A DNA stretch of 64,000 bases from Eledone cirrhosa (taxonomy: Eukaryota). The notes below the pieces were generated by a model that was not told the origin of the DNA, made no database searches, and saw only the letters and a program-made list of their open reading frames with translations. Numbering within the stretch: position 1 is the first letter of the stretch; every line of letters starts with the position of its first letter. Made by a program: the position numbers and the translations under genes. The stretch covers positions 168,826,001 to 168,890,000 of the forward strand of contig OZ024740.1 in NCBI GenBank assembly GCA_964016885.1, read 5' to 3'. Below are positions 39,616-53,900 of the stretch, piece by piece.

Positions 39616-41262
39616 CATCATCATCATCATCATCATCAACGTTTAACGTCCGTGTTTCACGCTTGCATGGGTTTGGACGGGGGTAGTCCCACTTGAGGCA
39701 AGAGTGATTGTCTTGCTCGCATAGGACTGTCTGGCAGGTTTTCTACAGTTGGATGCCCTTCCTAACACCAACCACATTTACAGTGTGGGTCTGGGAGGTT
39801 TTTACCGTGTTGCCTACACGGCCACATTACAGCGTGGACTGTGTGTTTTTTTGTCGTGACACCTACATGATCTCATTTGTTTCGGCCTGGATGGCGCGGC
39901 ACCAACATAACTTTACATAGGACGGGGTGGTGTGGATGGGTGGGGGTGGTGGCGGGACGGGGTGTATTTTGTTAGAGATGCCTACTGGCAAGGCGGGTCT
40001 TCTCTGTTACTGAGTACCGCCAAAGGTCTCGGTCCAGTGACATTGTCTTGGAGAGGTGTAAGTGTGTGAGGTTGGAGTTTATCAGCTCGTCCCAGGTTTT
40101 TCTAGGTCTGCCTATTCCGTGGCTACCGTCTATCTTTATTGCCCTGCACTTTGTTATACAGCTATCGACTTTCATGCGCATCACGTGTCCATACCAACGT
40201 AGCCTTCTCTCGAGTAAACAACATCTGATCCCTCTTATCTCTAATTTTTTCCTTAGTTCGTTTATGCTTTGCCGTTCACGTATATTACTGTTACACATCC
40301 AGCGGAGCATGCAAGCTTCATTCCTCTCTAGTCTGCGTATATCCTCTGCACACAATGCCCAGGTCTCACTGCCATGCAACATTGCTGTTCGTATGCAGGC
40401 ATCGTACAACCTGCCTTTCATTTTTAGGGAGAACCCTTTAGCAGCTAATAGTGGTATAAGCTCTCTGAACTTTTTCCAACCAGTTCTGACTCTAGCTACA
40501 GTACTTTCAGAGCACCCTCCCCCACTGCTGATTTTATCGCCCAGGTAACGGAAGCTGTCCACTATTTCTATAGAACCCTCTGCGCAATTGAAAGAGCTAG
40601 TATTTTGTGGGCACTTGCTGCTACTTATTGCACCAGAACACCGGCCACATGTAAAATCTATGTTCTTAGTTAGCTTACCTGTGATCCCACTACATCTTTT
40701 ATGCACCCATACTTTGCATTTAGGACATAAAATGGAGTTTCTACCTACGCCTTTCCTACACACCGAGCACGACCATTTCCCAGAAGGGACCGCCGCCTTG
40801 TTTTCTTTCCTACAAACTAGAACTTTGGTCTTAGCCAGGTTAATTTTAAGTCCTTTTGACTCTAGGCCGTGCTTCCATGTTTGGAATTTCTTCTCTAGCT
40901 CGACCATTGATTCCGCTATGAGTGTCAGGTCGTCTGCGTATAGGAGTTCCCATGGGCAGCCTGTCTTGAACTCCTCTGTTATAGCCTGAAGGGCAATAAT
41001 AAATAGTAGGGGGCTGAGAACAGAGCCCTGATGGACGCCAACTTTTACGCTGAACTCTTCACTATATTCGTTGTTAATTCTAACCTTGCTGACTGTTTCT
41101 TTATACATGGCTTGTATAGCCCTCACAAGCCATTCGTCAACCCCTAGTTTTCTAAGAGCCCACCAGATAATGGAGCGGGGGACTCTGTCGAAGGCTTTCT
41201 CCAAGTCGACAAAAGCTAAGTAGAGGGGTTTACCTTTAGCTAGGGTTTACCTTTAGCTAGGT
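39616..41262 (-). mobile_element. RTE LINE family B, 5'-truncated
   Basis: 410-aa frame with RT motifs and PHD-like finger; (GAT)n tail; probable TSD ggtcatc at 39613-39619 and 41260-41266. Confidence 0.96.
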
Positions 41263-41290
41263 CATCTCCAGAAAAGTTCCCCTTCACCTG

Positions 41291-41454
41291 CTGTATTCCT
41301 TAATCATCTCCTCCATGAGATTCAGTCATTTGAGATTACTCCTCACCACTTCAGCCCAAATTTTTTTCAGTCTGTATTCCTTAATCATCTCCTCCATGAG
41401 ATTCAGTCATTTGAGATTACTCCTCACCACTTCAGCCCAAATTTTTTTCAGTCT
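41291..41454. repeat. 81-bp tandem duplication within an old RTE fragment
   Basis: ctgtattccttaatc...ttttcagt occurs twice. Confidence 0.92.
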
Positions 41455-41685
41455 TCTTTTTCTGCAGCTTTCCTCCGGTGGGATTGCTTGGTACTTTTTC
41501 ATCCAACAATCATTATTCATATGTATTACATGTCCAAAAGGGTTAAATTCAGTTAAATTGCTATAATGATTCATTTCAATGGACTGCTCTCTACCAAATG
41601 ATAATAATGTACTGTTACATTTTCCTCATACTTACATTTGTTGTTATTGTTAATAGTGTTTAGTAATAGATATAATTAATTTCAG

Positions 41686-41810
41686 AACTAGTCCTTCCTC
41701 CTTGGCAAGAAGAACCTGATGCAGATGGAAACCGACAACGTACAATAACATATACTTTGACACTGGGAGCTTCGCTGGGGCCAAAGAACTCAACAGCTAC
41801 AGAGAATCAG
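41686..41810 (+). CDS. GRAMD1B: GRAMD1/Aster-like exon, VASt: ELVLPPWQEEPDADGNRQRTITYTLTLGASLGPKNSTATENQ
   Basis: tttcag acceptor, gttggt donor, 125 nt phase 1-0; PW..GN..R...YT.TL...L.PK motif of VASt; absent from the ORF track. Confidence 0.93.
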
Positions 41811-42755
41811 GTTGGTTATTGTACTACAGTTTTAACACTATTATACTAATAAACACTATTATAGCAAAGGTTTTTCCATTTTATGTCCATTCTTCCACAC
41901 TGGCATGGCTTGGATGGGTCGTCATGTTCCAACACTAAACTGGTTTGAGATACCTGTCTTGCTCATATATTCCATTTTTGGCATGACATCTACAACTGGA
42001 TGTCCTTCCTAATGCCAACCTCTTTAGAGTGTACTGAGTGCATTTTATCATGGTGCCAACACAGGGGAATTCATCTTTGAATCTTGTGAGACTGAAAGTG
42101 TACACATCACTCTTCATTGTCTCTCCTTATTTAAGGATAATATACTAGACATATCTGCATTGCTATATCCAAGGAGAATGGAGATTGTCTATAACCTATA
42201 TAGGTCCTCACAGATCAGAAAGGGTGAGATCAGAACAGTTAATGTAGAACTTCAAGATTTCAAACTTAGTGTATTTTAAAAGTGTTTTGTAGGCAAGATA
42301 CTGCCTCTAAATTAAGAGCTGCAGATAATGGGATTTAAAAATGCTGAGAAACAAAGCAAGATATGCATGCACTATGTGGGTCAAGTGAAGGCTGAGGTAG
42401 GATACAATTGTAATGATGTGTCAATGTTGTTTTCAGTTTTTTAAATGTTTGACATTGACATGTTTTCAAATATTCATGTTGTAACTTTTGCTGCTATTGA
42501 ATTATTGAAACTATATAAATGCCTTTGCAATGTGATATTAACTTATCACTGAAAAAATCTTTGAATAACCTCTACTCTATTACACATTCTCTGTGAACAT
42601 TGTCTACAGACACCATTTCTGAAAAATCACCCCCCAAACTGTTCAGTGGAACTATGTCAGAGATTAGGTTGTAGAGATGTGATAAAAAGTTTAACACCTC
42701 ATAACATAAATGAAAAGTGAATATAACAGCTTTTTTTGCATGTGTGTGTGCTTTT

Positions 42756-42960
42756 CATCATCATCATCATCATCATACATCCGCTTTTCCCTGCTTGCAA
42801 GGGTGGGACGGGTCCTATTCAGCACAGCATCTCTCCACTTGTCACGGTCTTTTGTCATCTCCACCGTGAGCTTCAGTGATCTGAGGTCTGCTCTCACCAC
42901 CTCTGCCCATGTTTTTCGTGATCTTCCTCTACTACGTCTTCCTTCAACTGGCATTTCTTC
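42756..42960 (-). mobile_element. RTE family C 3' end (very short 3'UTR)
   Basis: GRSRKTWAEVVRADL..DRDKWR..RTRPTLASREKR runs directly into the (GAT)n tail. Confidence 0.88.
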
Positions 42961-44824
42961 ACCCATCGGTCATCCTCCATCTTTGGCTAAAATAGTTACT
43001 CCATGATATAATTGCCCATTTTTCTGAAAATTGTCAACCTAGCCTTTGCTTTTAAGCAAATTTCTATAATAAGCTATAGATAATATCTGAGTATTGATCT
43101 AATGTCTGAACAAATACACTGCTTTCAATCATAAGTATCCTAGACAACATTCAGAAGGAAGCCATCTGCCTGATTGGAATGCTATGTTATTAATAGGTAG
43201 CTATTAATATTGTCAAATAACTTGTATTTATTATCTTAGACACAGGACCCAGAACATGAAGTCATGATCTGATAAGAATGACATCAAGCAAGCATGTATA
43301 AAAGTATATTGTTGGTTTAGTTTATTATATACTTTCCATAAGGATGTGGAAGTGGCTAGGTTCTGTGAGCATTGGCTCTTTCTTAATGTTTTAGGCACAT
43401 AGCCAGTTACATGTCAAGATAAAATGCACCCAGTACACGCTGTAAAAGGATTGGCATAAGGAAGGGCATCCAGATGTAGAAACCATGCTAAAATATGCAC
43501 TTTATGAGAAAGACATAATACTCTGAGCCATCTATTCTCAGGCTGTGATGACCTGATGAAGTTATGCCAGAATGGAAAATGGAAGTAAATTGATGGTGTA
43601 AATGATGATGTGTATACATTTATTTTTTTGTGACTTTCATATAAAATATTCTATTTAGTTAAGCCAAACACTCTAGCATAATATAGTTTAGTATTCTCTA
43701 ATATATTGCTTTCTGTTTATCTCTATGTACTTTAACAAATTGGATAAATCTTTCTTTAAAAGTATAGTTTTAACAACATTTCAGAAAAAAAAAATTATAT
43801 GTTGCACGCTTATGTATTAGGGTTATATGACACACTGTTGTATATCTAGGATCAGTTATCCTCTTAGAATACATCTCCATTGAAGGTAGCTAGAGATGAC
43901 CACCACTTCACGTGATATGTTTATTTATTTAGTAAGTCAGTGTGGCTAAGGACATCCATTTGCAGTCTAACAAAACACTCACAGTCCCCAAATCTTAGTG
44001 CAAGCATTGATTTCCCTATGGTAACTAGACCCAGTAAGTGTTTTGGTCATCAATCAGTGCGATGTTGACCAGGAGCTATAGACTATTGACCTCTCTGCCA
44101 TCTGTACTGACTTGATAAGATGTTGATCTAATTGCTGTTTTATAGTCAAATCAAATTAACCCTTTCAATGCCAAACTACCTGAAACTGCTTCTTGTTTTA
44201 CAATACAAAACTGTTTTAAAGTGTTTATATCTATCTAAAAACTTTCCATTGAAATTTTATTTAGGAACCTTTGCTAAGTTATGTTCCAAACACTAGCTTA
44301 ATAAAGAAAAAAGTTAAATCCTTTTATTATTTACGAAAAGATCTGTTCATTTATGCTGTATCATCATATATTATTGCAAATTAATACATTCAATCTCCCT
44401 TCCATAGAGATCATTAATGAGAATTGACACTTTCATGCCTATTATTTTCAAATAATATACAAAATAATCAAGAATGTTGTGGGATTAAGCAAAGTAACTA
44501 TTCCTTTATTTATATAGTGTTTGGAACATAATTTAAGAAAAGTTTTTAAATAAAATTATATTGGAAGGGTTTTTAGATAAATCTAAATACTTTAGAATAA
44601 ACAGCTTATACCTGAGACTCAAGATAGGAAATTGTTCTGTATTGCAAACATGTCCATCCCCATGTTAGCTTGTATAACATGATTTTAAAATGATGGAAAC
44701 CACAGCTATGATAATGGTGCTAATGGGGGTTGTTTCTGTTATTACATTAAAAAAAATATGTAATTAAATTTGCTTTTCCAATTTGGTTTGTGCATTTTCT
44801 GTTTTACTATCTTTTACCCTTTAG

Positions 44825-45017
44825 GTGTGTTATAAACAGAGTCAACCGGGAATGTTGTATGTCATCGACACTTCTACCACGATGGCTTCTGTACCTTACA
44901 CTGAATCATTTTATGTTGAGCACCGGTACTGCATCACTAGAGCATCTTATACAAAGTGTAGACTCAAAGTAACCAGTGATGTGCGCTATAGAAAAACGTT
45001 GTGGGGTATTGTAAAAA
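44825..45017 (+). CDS. GRAMD1B: GRAMD1/Aster-like exon, VASt: VCYKQSQPGMLYVIDTSTTMASVPYTESFYVEHRYCITRASYTKCRLKVTSDVRYRKTLWGIVK
   Basis: ctttag acceptor, gtaagc donor, 193 nt phase 0-1; YVID..VPY..F...RY..TR...RL.V...RYRK..WG.VK VASt signature. Confidence 0.95.
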
Positions 45018-45971
45018 GTAAGCACCTCATTGTTTATTAAAAATAAATAAATAAATTGATATAAAAAATGTTCATTAAGTTTCATGTATTCCTAGCAACA
45101 TTTAGTGTTATAATAACTGTACAGCTGTTGTATCTGTCTATCACACAAACACTATGGTCTATCAAACACGTTTTGAAATTTTATGTAGAATTCCTGTAAC
45201 ACAAATGTAATAAAAACCAAAGGAGGAATGTTCTAAATGTTTTAAAATCCTTTCATTCATACCCAAAATGAGCGATCTTTGTCAACTGTGTTGTCTTTCT
45301 GCCTCCCTCTGTGTTTATCTATGTACCTGTCTCTCTATCTACCCATCTAAACTTGGGTAGGAAATTGGCAACATTGTGTAACGTAACTTTTCTTTCTATG
45401 TTGAAATACTACTGAAATCAATTTTTCTTTTCATCTTACTGGGTGATGGTGGTGGTGGTGGGTGATGGCAAAGAAATGTAATCAACTATATTTGTGGCCT
45501 TGTACTAATGTTAGAAATCAGTATTAATACTAGAGATTGTGGAGTGATAGAAATGGTAGAGCACAGGTATTATGATATTGATTTCTAATTTAGGTACAAT
45601 ATCAACAATTTGAGGTGAGGGGAAATTCAATTACATGGACCCTAGTATATGAATTGTACTTTATTTTATTGACCTCAACAAGATTTGAATTCGGAACATA
45701 AAGGGCTTAATATTGAATTCTGTTTCTTTACATTCTGACTTCACAAGCCCTCATGTTCAACTTTGCTTTTCTGATATTGGTAAATCAAATACCCCTCATA
45801 TACTGGATTCTATTTGATTGATCATATGCCAATCCTACTCATTTCCCTCTGTGTTCTAGTTCAAGTTGGATAGAATGATGCTATGCGGTATTCATTCCAG
45901 CTTGTGAGTTCTGAGTACAAATTCTGCCATACTCAACACTGCTTTTCATCCTTTCGAGGTTGATAATGATA

Positions 45972-46630
<659 letters not shown>

Positions 46631-47254
46631 GCTCCTTTTTGAAACAAGACCTTTTTTTAGTCACCTCTTACAACTTGCAGAGATACAATAAAAAAACTGT
46701 ATATATTGTCAAAAGCACTTGAAGGGTTTAACCCTTTAGCATTTAAACTGGCCATATGTGGCCAGAATTATCTCACCTCTTTCTGTTCAAACTGGAGGTA
46801 ACTGACCACTCATACGTATTATTCTCAAAATAAATAATATCAAAATCTCGTAGATTCACTATTATGTGGGATAATTATGTGATATAAAGTGTTTACCATG
46901 AAAATACAATAGTAAATATTGAGTAATGTAAATGGTAAAGAGTAAAGTATGTGAAATAATTTCAAATTCCAGTTGAAGTATGTTGCATTATTTATGTTTC
47001 TAATTGCCTTATGACAGGCATGAACACCTTAAATTTACATTTATTAAATTTACATTTATTATGTCACATGTATTACTTATCTCAGCCATATAGCCTACTA
47101 ACTATTTGTTTTCAAAATATGCAAAATATTTTTAATTGTTTCAGTTATTTATAATTTTGCATGCAAATTGTATTTTAAAATGCTGCACAAGAAAAAGACA
47201 AATGGAATGTCTATTTTATTGTTCAATTTTATTCATTAAAAGAATATATATAAC

Positions 47255-49210
47255 TATATCAATCTATCCTCTTCTTTTGACTTTTCAGCACCAAACATGG
47301 CCAATATAAGAGTTGGATGTGTGAATGTATGCGGCCTGGGGATGCCCTGGAAACAGGGCAAACTCTTAAACGACCTTGGGTCGCACAGTATGGATGTAGT
47401 AGCCATTTGCGAGTCCAGGATCCATAGTGAACGACAACTGGCCCCCATCTTCGACGACTTTGAGATCTACACATCTCTCTGTCAGCCGGGATGTGGGGGT
47501 GGGGTTGCCGTTTTGCTGCGGACAGGGATGCCCTCTCTCCTTCCTTCTGTACGTACTGACTCTTGAGCCACCACTGCGGAAGTTGGAGCTATTGCAGGGC
47601 ATCCCTTTGGAACCAGAACTGCGAAAAGCAGTGTCGGCCTACGCTGACGATATGACAGTAATGGTGTCGAGCACCTCGCAAATCGGGGAGGTCGGCACTT
47701 TACTGGAGGAATACTAAAGATACACAGGAGCGAAGCTGGACCGGGACAAATCCGTCGGTTTGCAACTCGGAACATGGAGAGGCAAACCGATGGCATCGTC
47801 GGACACTGGACGGAAGGACCGGTAAAGCTGCTCGAGGTCTGGTTTGGTCCAGACCTCCATGTGGAGAAGAACTGGAGCGGGGTGACGGCCAAGGTGTTTG
47901 CGCTCACCCAGAAGTGGGTCGAGTGCAAACTATCCTTGAAAGGTCGAGCAGAGGTGGCGAGCACTTTTATAGCGTCCGTCATCTACTACCGCTTGACCGT
48001 CGTGCCTTGTCCAGCCAAAACGCTCACCAAAATGGAGCGCGCGCTCTTCCAATTCCTTTGGAAGAAATGGCCTCATTTGGTGAGAAGATCCATCTGCTGC
48101 CAACACCCTTCAAACGGAGGGCTGGGGATGCCGTGGCTGATGATGCGCAAACACGCGCTCAGGCTACGGCACCTCCACGTATTCCTCACTGGACAACTGG
48201 TGTGAGCCCCGTTCATGAGGCGAGCCTTCCCACGACTCGTCTCGCTGAGTGAGCTGCAGTCCTGGGTCAAGCAAAGACCGAGAAAAATGGGCGACTGGCA
48301 CATCGAATGTGCTCAGGCACTCACAGTCCTCTGGCAAACGGACCCAGCGATCAGTGGAGACTCCACTTTGACATTCTATAGAGGGTTGGCCGCAGCAGGT
48401 ACGACGACGTGCTCAGAGAAACTCTAGGTGTAGAGGAGGACGAACTGGCCAGCCTGTTCGGTAGGACCTTCCGCCCGGGACCAATGGACAACTTCCAAAA
48501 GTCCCTGGCCTGGCGGTGCTACCGAGGAGCTCTACCAGTTCGAGACGGGCTCTACAGACACGGGCGCCCGGGCAGGGACCCTTCGAAAAAGATCTGTCCT
48601 AGATGTGTGCGCGACGAGGAAACCATCGCGCACGCATTTGTACACTGCCCGGGCGTTACCGACCTGTGGAGCTATGTAGAACGACTATTGTCGCGGGTAG
48701 GACCAATCTAGTTGACCATTGAATTCATTGTCATGATCAAACCACCACCCACCTTCAAAAACGAGGGAGAGGCGGTTTTCCTATGTGTTATGGCTATGGT
48801 GAAAGAGGTTATATGGTGGACGAGGTTAAAAGGGCTGAAGTCAGACACCTTTCTCTCCGGCGAGCAACTGATTCGTTTTTTCAAATATCATTTTGGAAGA
48901 AGAATCAGGATGGAGAGAGAGGTGCTGTACCCCAGCAAATTTTATAAAAGGTGGGTGAATGTGGCAAAGATGGCCCGAGTGAATGGGCCTTCTCTCTATA
49001 TAAGCCTTAGGTTGAGGGAAGAGAGGAAGGGAGTACTCACTCTTGGTGCTCCTGGAGATGAGGGTTGTACATTTTTTCGGGGTGTGTACAACCCCTGTGT
49101 AACGCCTCCCCCCATTAGGGATTTCAATTGTTATTTGTTATTTTATTAATAGTTTTATTTTCATATACCTGTATGTAAACTCTTGTGTCCTTGTGGCTAA
49201 TAAAGAAATT
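47255..49210 (+). mobile_element. L1/Tx1-clade LINE ORF2 relic with a large internal deletion
   Basis: Endonuclease start (NVCGL..DVVAICES..GGVAVLL) joined directly to QGCPLS..YADD; GGLGMP; C-terminal CPRC..ETIAHAFVHC zinc motif; AATAAA at 49199; GC-rich. Confidence 0.9.
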
Positions 49211-49222
49211 TATATATATATA

Positions 49223-50373
49223 TAGAAACTCCATTTTATGTCCTAAATGCAAAGTATGGGTGCATAAAAGATGTAGTGGGATCACAGGTAAGCTAACTAA
49301 GAACATAGATTTATACATGTGGCCGGTGCTCTGGTGCAATAAGTAGCAGCAAGTGCCCACAAAATACTAGCTCTTTCAATTGCGCAGAGGGTTCTATAGA
49401 AATAGTGGACAGCTTCCGTTATCTGGGTGACAAAATCTGCAGTGGGGGAGGGTGCTCTGAAAGTACAGTAGCTAGAGTCAGAACTGGATGGAAAAAGTTC
49501 AGAGAGCTTATACCACTATTAGCCGCTAAAGGGTTCTCCCTAAAAATGAAAGGCAGGTTGTATGATGCCTGCATAAGAACAGCAATGTTGCATGGCAGTG
49601 AGACCTGGGCATTGTGTGCAGAGGATATACGCAGACTAGAGAGAAACGAAGCTTGCATGCTCCGCTGGATGTGTAATAGTAATATACGTGAACGGCAAAG
49701 TATTAACGAACTAAGGGAAAAATTAGAAATAAGAGGGATCAGATGTTGTTTACTCGAGAAAAGGCTACGTTGGTATGGTCACGTGATGCGCATGAAAGAC
49801 GACAGCTGTATAAAAAAGTGCAGGGCAATAAAGATAGACGGTAGCCACGGAGTAGGCAGACCCAGAAAAACCTGGGACGACTTGATAAATTCCGACCTCA
49901 CACACTCACACCTCTCCAAGACAATGTCACTGGACCAAGATCTTTGGCGGTACTCAGTAATAGAGAAGACCTGCCTTACCTAAATACAAAGTAAAACCTA
50001 CAACAGTCAGTAGGCACCTCTAACAAAATACACCCCTGTCCCACCACCCCCACCCCATCCACATCACCCCTTTCAATGTAAAGTTATGTTGGTGCCACAA
50101 CATCCAGGCCGAAACAAATGTGGTCGTGTAGGTGTCATGACAAAAAAACACACAGTCCACGCTGTAATGTGGCCGTGTAGGTAACACGGTAAAAACCTCC
50201 CAGCCCCACACTGTAAATGTGGTTGGTGTTAGGAAGGGCATCCATCTGTAGAAAACCCGCCAGACAGTCCTATGCGAGCAAGACAACCACTCTTGCCTCA
50301 AGTGGGAAAACTCCCGTCCAAACCCATGCAAGCGTGGAATATGGACGTTAAACGATGATGATGATGATGATGA

Positions 50374-50377
<4 letters not shown>
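49223..50377 (+). mobile_element. RTE LINE family B, 5'-truncated
   Basis: Close homolog of 39616-41262 and 59647-62270; flanked by (TA)n on both sides. Confidence 0.95.
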
Positions 50378-50413
<36 letters not shown>

Positions 50414-51717
50414 TTAGGAGAAATGAACAGTGCTAATGATGTTTATAGGTTTTTTGATACCGTTGAGGTTGATATTGTTAATGTTCAGGTTGAACATCTG
50501 TAAATCAAGTTCTTCAGGGAAAATGTAGGTAAAAAAGGAAGTTTGGTGGGTTAATGGTACAGGAAGGATTGGGAATAGCAGTTAGTATAGTGCATGTTTG
50601 TGTGTAGAGGTTTGGGGTGGGGAGACATAGTGTGGATGATGAAAGGAGGAGAGAAGAGTGTTTCAGGTGAGCTTATGTGGATGTGGTATGTAGCTAGTTA
50701 GTTCTAATGAACAAAGACTATTATAGTATGGTAGAGTAAACAGAGTGAGTCGACACCACATTTGTATTTTACAGGTTGTAGTGAGTGAATCTTTGTTAGT
50801 CAGTTTATTTTAGATACTGTATGGTTCTCTGTGTGACAGTAACAGTGTCCCAAATGGGAGAGCAACCGTGGTTATATTATTAAATAAATATTAATTTTTA
50901 TAGAGTAAGCAATACTTCTTAGTAACCTTACTTCTTAGAAAAACATATCACTGAAGAGTCATATTCTATAGGGGGTCTTACTTGAGTTTTGTAGAGTGTC
51001 AGTTCATTGCTGTTTGTTTAAGTTGCATGCTTCTAAACATGTGCATTTATTCATAATGGAACAGAGACATATTCTTGATAATATTTGTGATGGGTTCCCA
51101 GCAGTCTTGGAGGCCCTGAAATGAGACATGAGCGCTGCTTTTCCCTCCTGAATAAATGATTAAAAAAACAACATATAAATGATATTGTAAAAATGTTAGT
51201 GGTTCTGATTGTCAAGCTCATTTTTCACCCCACCCCTTCTTTCTCTCCCTCTCCCTCTCTCTCTCTCTCACTTCCACTCTTTATATATTCTCCTTTTTTC
51301 CTAATAATAGCTGTCTTAAATGAGGATATTTTCAATTATTGCAATATTTGAAATTAAGCTGCACTTATAATACAACCATTTGTAACAACTTTGTCTAGAA
51401 TAGTGTTAAGGAAATCAAGATTGTTATTGCTGTTTTGTTTGTTGTACAATGTAGGTATATGTTTGCCAAAGAGGTGCTTAATGAAATTGTTATTGACTAA
51501 AATCTACTTAATGCAACATGACACATTTCTGTTACTAGAGTATCTGTAGTGGAACTTATAATGAATCTCACTCAAAATATTAGCATTTGTGTGTTGAATA
51601 AGCTTTGTTGTAGTAATTTTTGCATGTATTTATTATGTTTACTCCCAGACAGTGAAGTTCATTCCATTAATGCATCTTCACCCATAACTGATATCCTAAT
51701 ATGATAGACACAGGAAT

Positions 51718-51880
51718 GGATGGCTATGTGGTTAAGGAGTTTGCTTTGCAACTATTTAGTTGTGGGTTCATTTCCACCATTTGGCAACTTGGGCAAATGT
51801 CTTCTACTATATAGTCTCAGGTCGATCAATGCTTTGTGAGTGAAATTTTGTTGACACAAACTGTGTGGAAGCCCATTGTA
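51718..51880 (+). mobile_element. Decayed CORE-like tRNA SINE
   Basis: tggctatgtggttaag A-box, ggttcatttcc B-box-like, cttgggcaaatg. Confidence 0.6.
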
Positions 51881-52369
51881 TAAATATGTATGTGTGTATC
51901 CCCATGTCTCTGCTGCTTACATTTAAATAATAATAATAATCAAATTATTATGTACCGTGCTCAGGTACACTACAACTTTAATGTTTATGTCCCATAACTT
52001 AGTGGTTCGACAAAAAGAGATTGATGAAATATGTACTGAGGTGAAATAATTGACTAAATCCCTTCAATGCATGGTCACAGTCTTATGACTGAGCCAATAA
52101 AAGAATATGAGAATAACACCATAATCTTTTATGATGGTTACTGAAATAGCTGAAATCTCAATCTACCCTTCCTTGACTTGTAGTTTAGTAGTATTAATAA
52201 GTGGTATGCCTTCACCACCACCACCAACAACAACTCAACAAGTCATTAGAAAGAAAACTGTATATCAAATACATTATCAGTTATATCTTTAAAATAACTA
52301 CTGATCTACCTGTTTTATTATAAGTCTTTCTCTGCTCATCTCTGATCTTATCATCAGTGGATTGGCAGC

Positions 52370-52562
52370 ATTGGCAGTATTGGTAGAGGGTCGGACACCA
52401 TGCTTTGATTCATAGAGTTACGGCCATTGCTATTCTGAATGCAAATCCCGCCGAGGTTAACTTTGCCTTTCATCCTTACGGGGTCGATAAAATAAAGTAC
52501 CAGTAATGCACTGAGTAATTGCTGGCCTTGTGCCAAAAGTAGAAAAGTAGAAACAATTATTA
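52370..52562 (+). mobile_element. SINE S1 copy
   Basis: Family body and agtagaaacaattatt end. Confidence 0.85.
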
Positions 52563-53539
52563 GTTTGCTAGACAAAATGCTTTGCAGTACATAATCACAG
52601 CTCTTTAAATCCCACTGAGGTCAACTTCGCTTTTCATCCTTCTGGAGTCAATAAAATAAAGTACCAGTCAAGTACTGGAATTGATATGACCCTTTTATGA
52701 CTGTATTTCAATTTAAATACACTCTATTTCAATTAATTAATGAATAATTTTGTGGAATTTTCCAAAATAATTTAATATATGGTTCTCATATAAAATAATG
52801 TTGGAAGATTTTAATTTTAATAGAAACCCTTTAAATAGGTGGTTTTGTTTCATAGAGCCAAAGCTGGTTTTGTGTTAATCAAATTTCCTCTTTCTCCAAA
52901 ACTGCTGGCCTTTGTGCTTAAATTAGAAATTATTATCCTGTATTAGTTTTTACTGTTAGAGAGAGAAGAGAAACTCCAATAACCCTGTAATTTTGCAGTG
53001 TGAAGAGACAGGAAATACTACATTGCTCTAACATTTCCATCAATTCACTGTCCTGGCATGGTACTTTATTTTAACAACCTTGAAAGGATGAAAGACATGG
53101 CTAATCTCAGTGGGATATGAACTCAGACTCTACAGTTTATACTCTAACATCTCTAGCAACTTCACAATTGTAAGCCCAACACTCTAACCACTGAGCTTTA
53201 TATATATGTGTGTGTGTGTGTAAAAGTAAACAGAGATGTCAAAGCAAATGACACAGTACAACAGTTATAAGTATGGACACGATAAGAAGAAGTACAATGA
53301 AGAAATATATTAGTTTAATGCTTGAGATAATGGGAAAAGAGCCTTAACGTTTCGTAAACTAGTTTTCCATCAGAAGATAGAATGAGAAATAAAAGAAAAG
53401 ATGCAGAGTGAGAAGAGGAAGGAACAGAAAAAAAGTGGAGAAAAACACTTGTACATATTCAGTCAGCCATTTTGGAGATTGAGTCATATATATAAATAAA
53501 TGAGAGGTAGTGATGCTCTGACATAGCATGATTGATAAG

Positions 53540-53875
53540 TGACAGGGGTTGTATATTGAATCATATACAAAATATTCATGTAAATAAACATTTCTATAGT
53601 CCTGCTATGATTTTTGGAGGTGGTGAATTTCACTACTAGTCTTTACTAACCAAGGGAGAGCACCCTGACAGCCGTTTCTGGTTCTTTAACCATCTTCAAC
53701 TTATTTTCATCATAGCATGAAGACAGTTAAAGAACCAGAAACGGCTGTCAAGGTGTTTTTCCTTGGTTACTAAAGACCAGTGGTGCAATTCACCACTTCT
53801 AAAATTCATAATAAGGCTCTAAGAATGTTATTTTCATGAACATTTTGTATATGACTCAATATACAACCCCAGTCA
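53540..53875. mobile_element. ~336-bp fully palindromic (foldback) MITE
   Basis: Arms tgacaggggttgtatattg... / ...caatatacaaccccagtca pair along almost the whole length; a second fragment at 2466. Confidence 0.85.
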
Positions 53876-53900
53876 TAAACTTGACTGTCACCACAGAATA

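Noticed and set aside
50948-51000. CTGAAGAG hammerhead-like start
   Set aside because: No GAAA or stem III downstream
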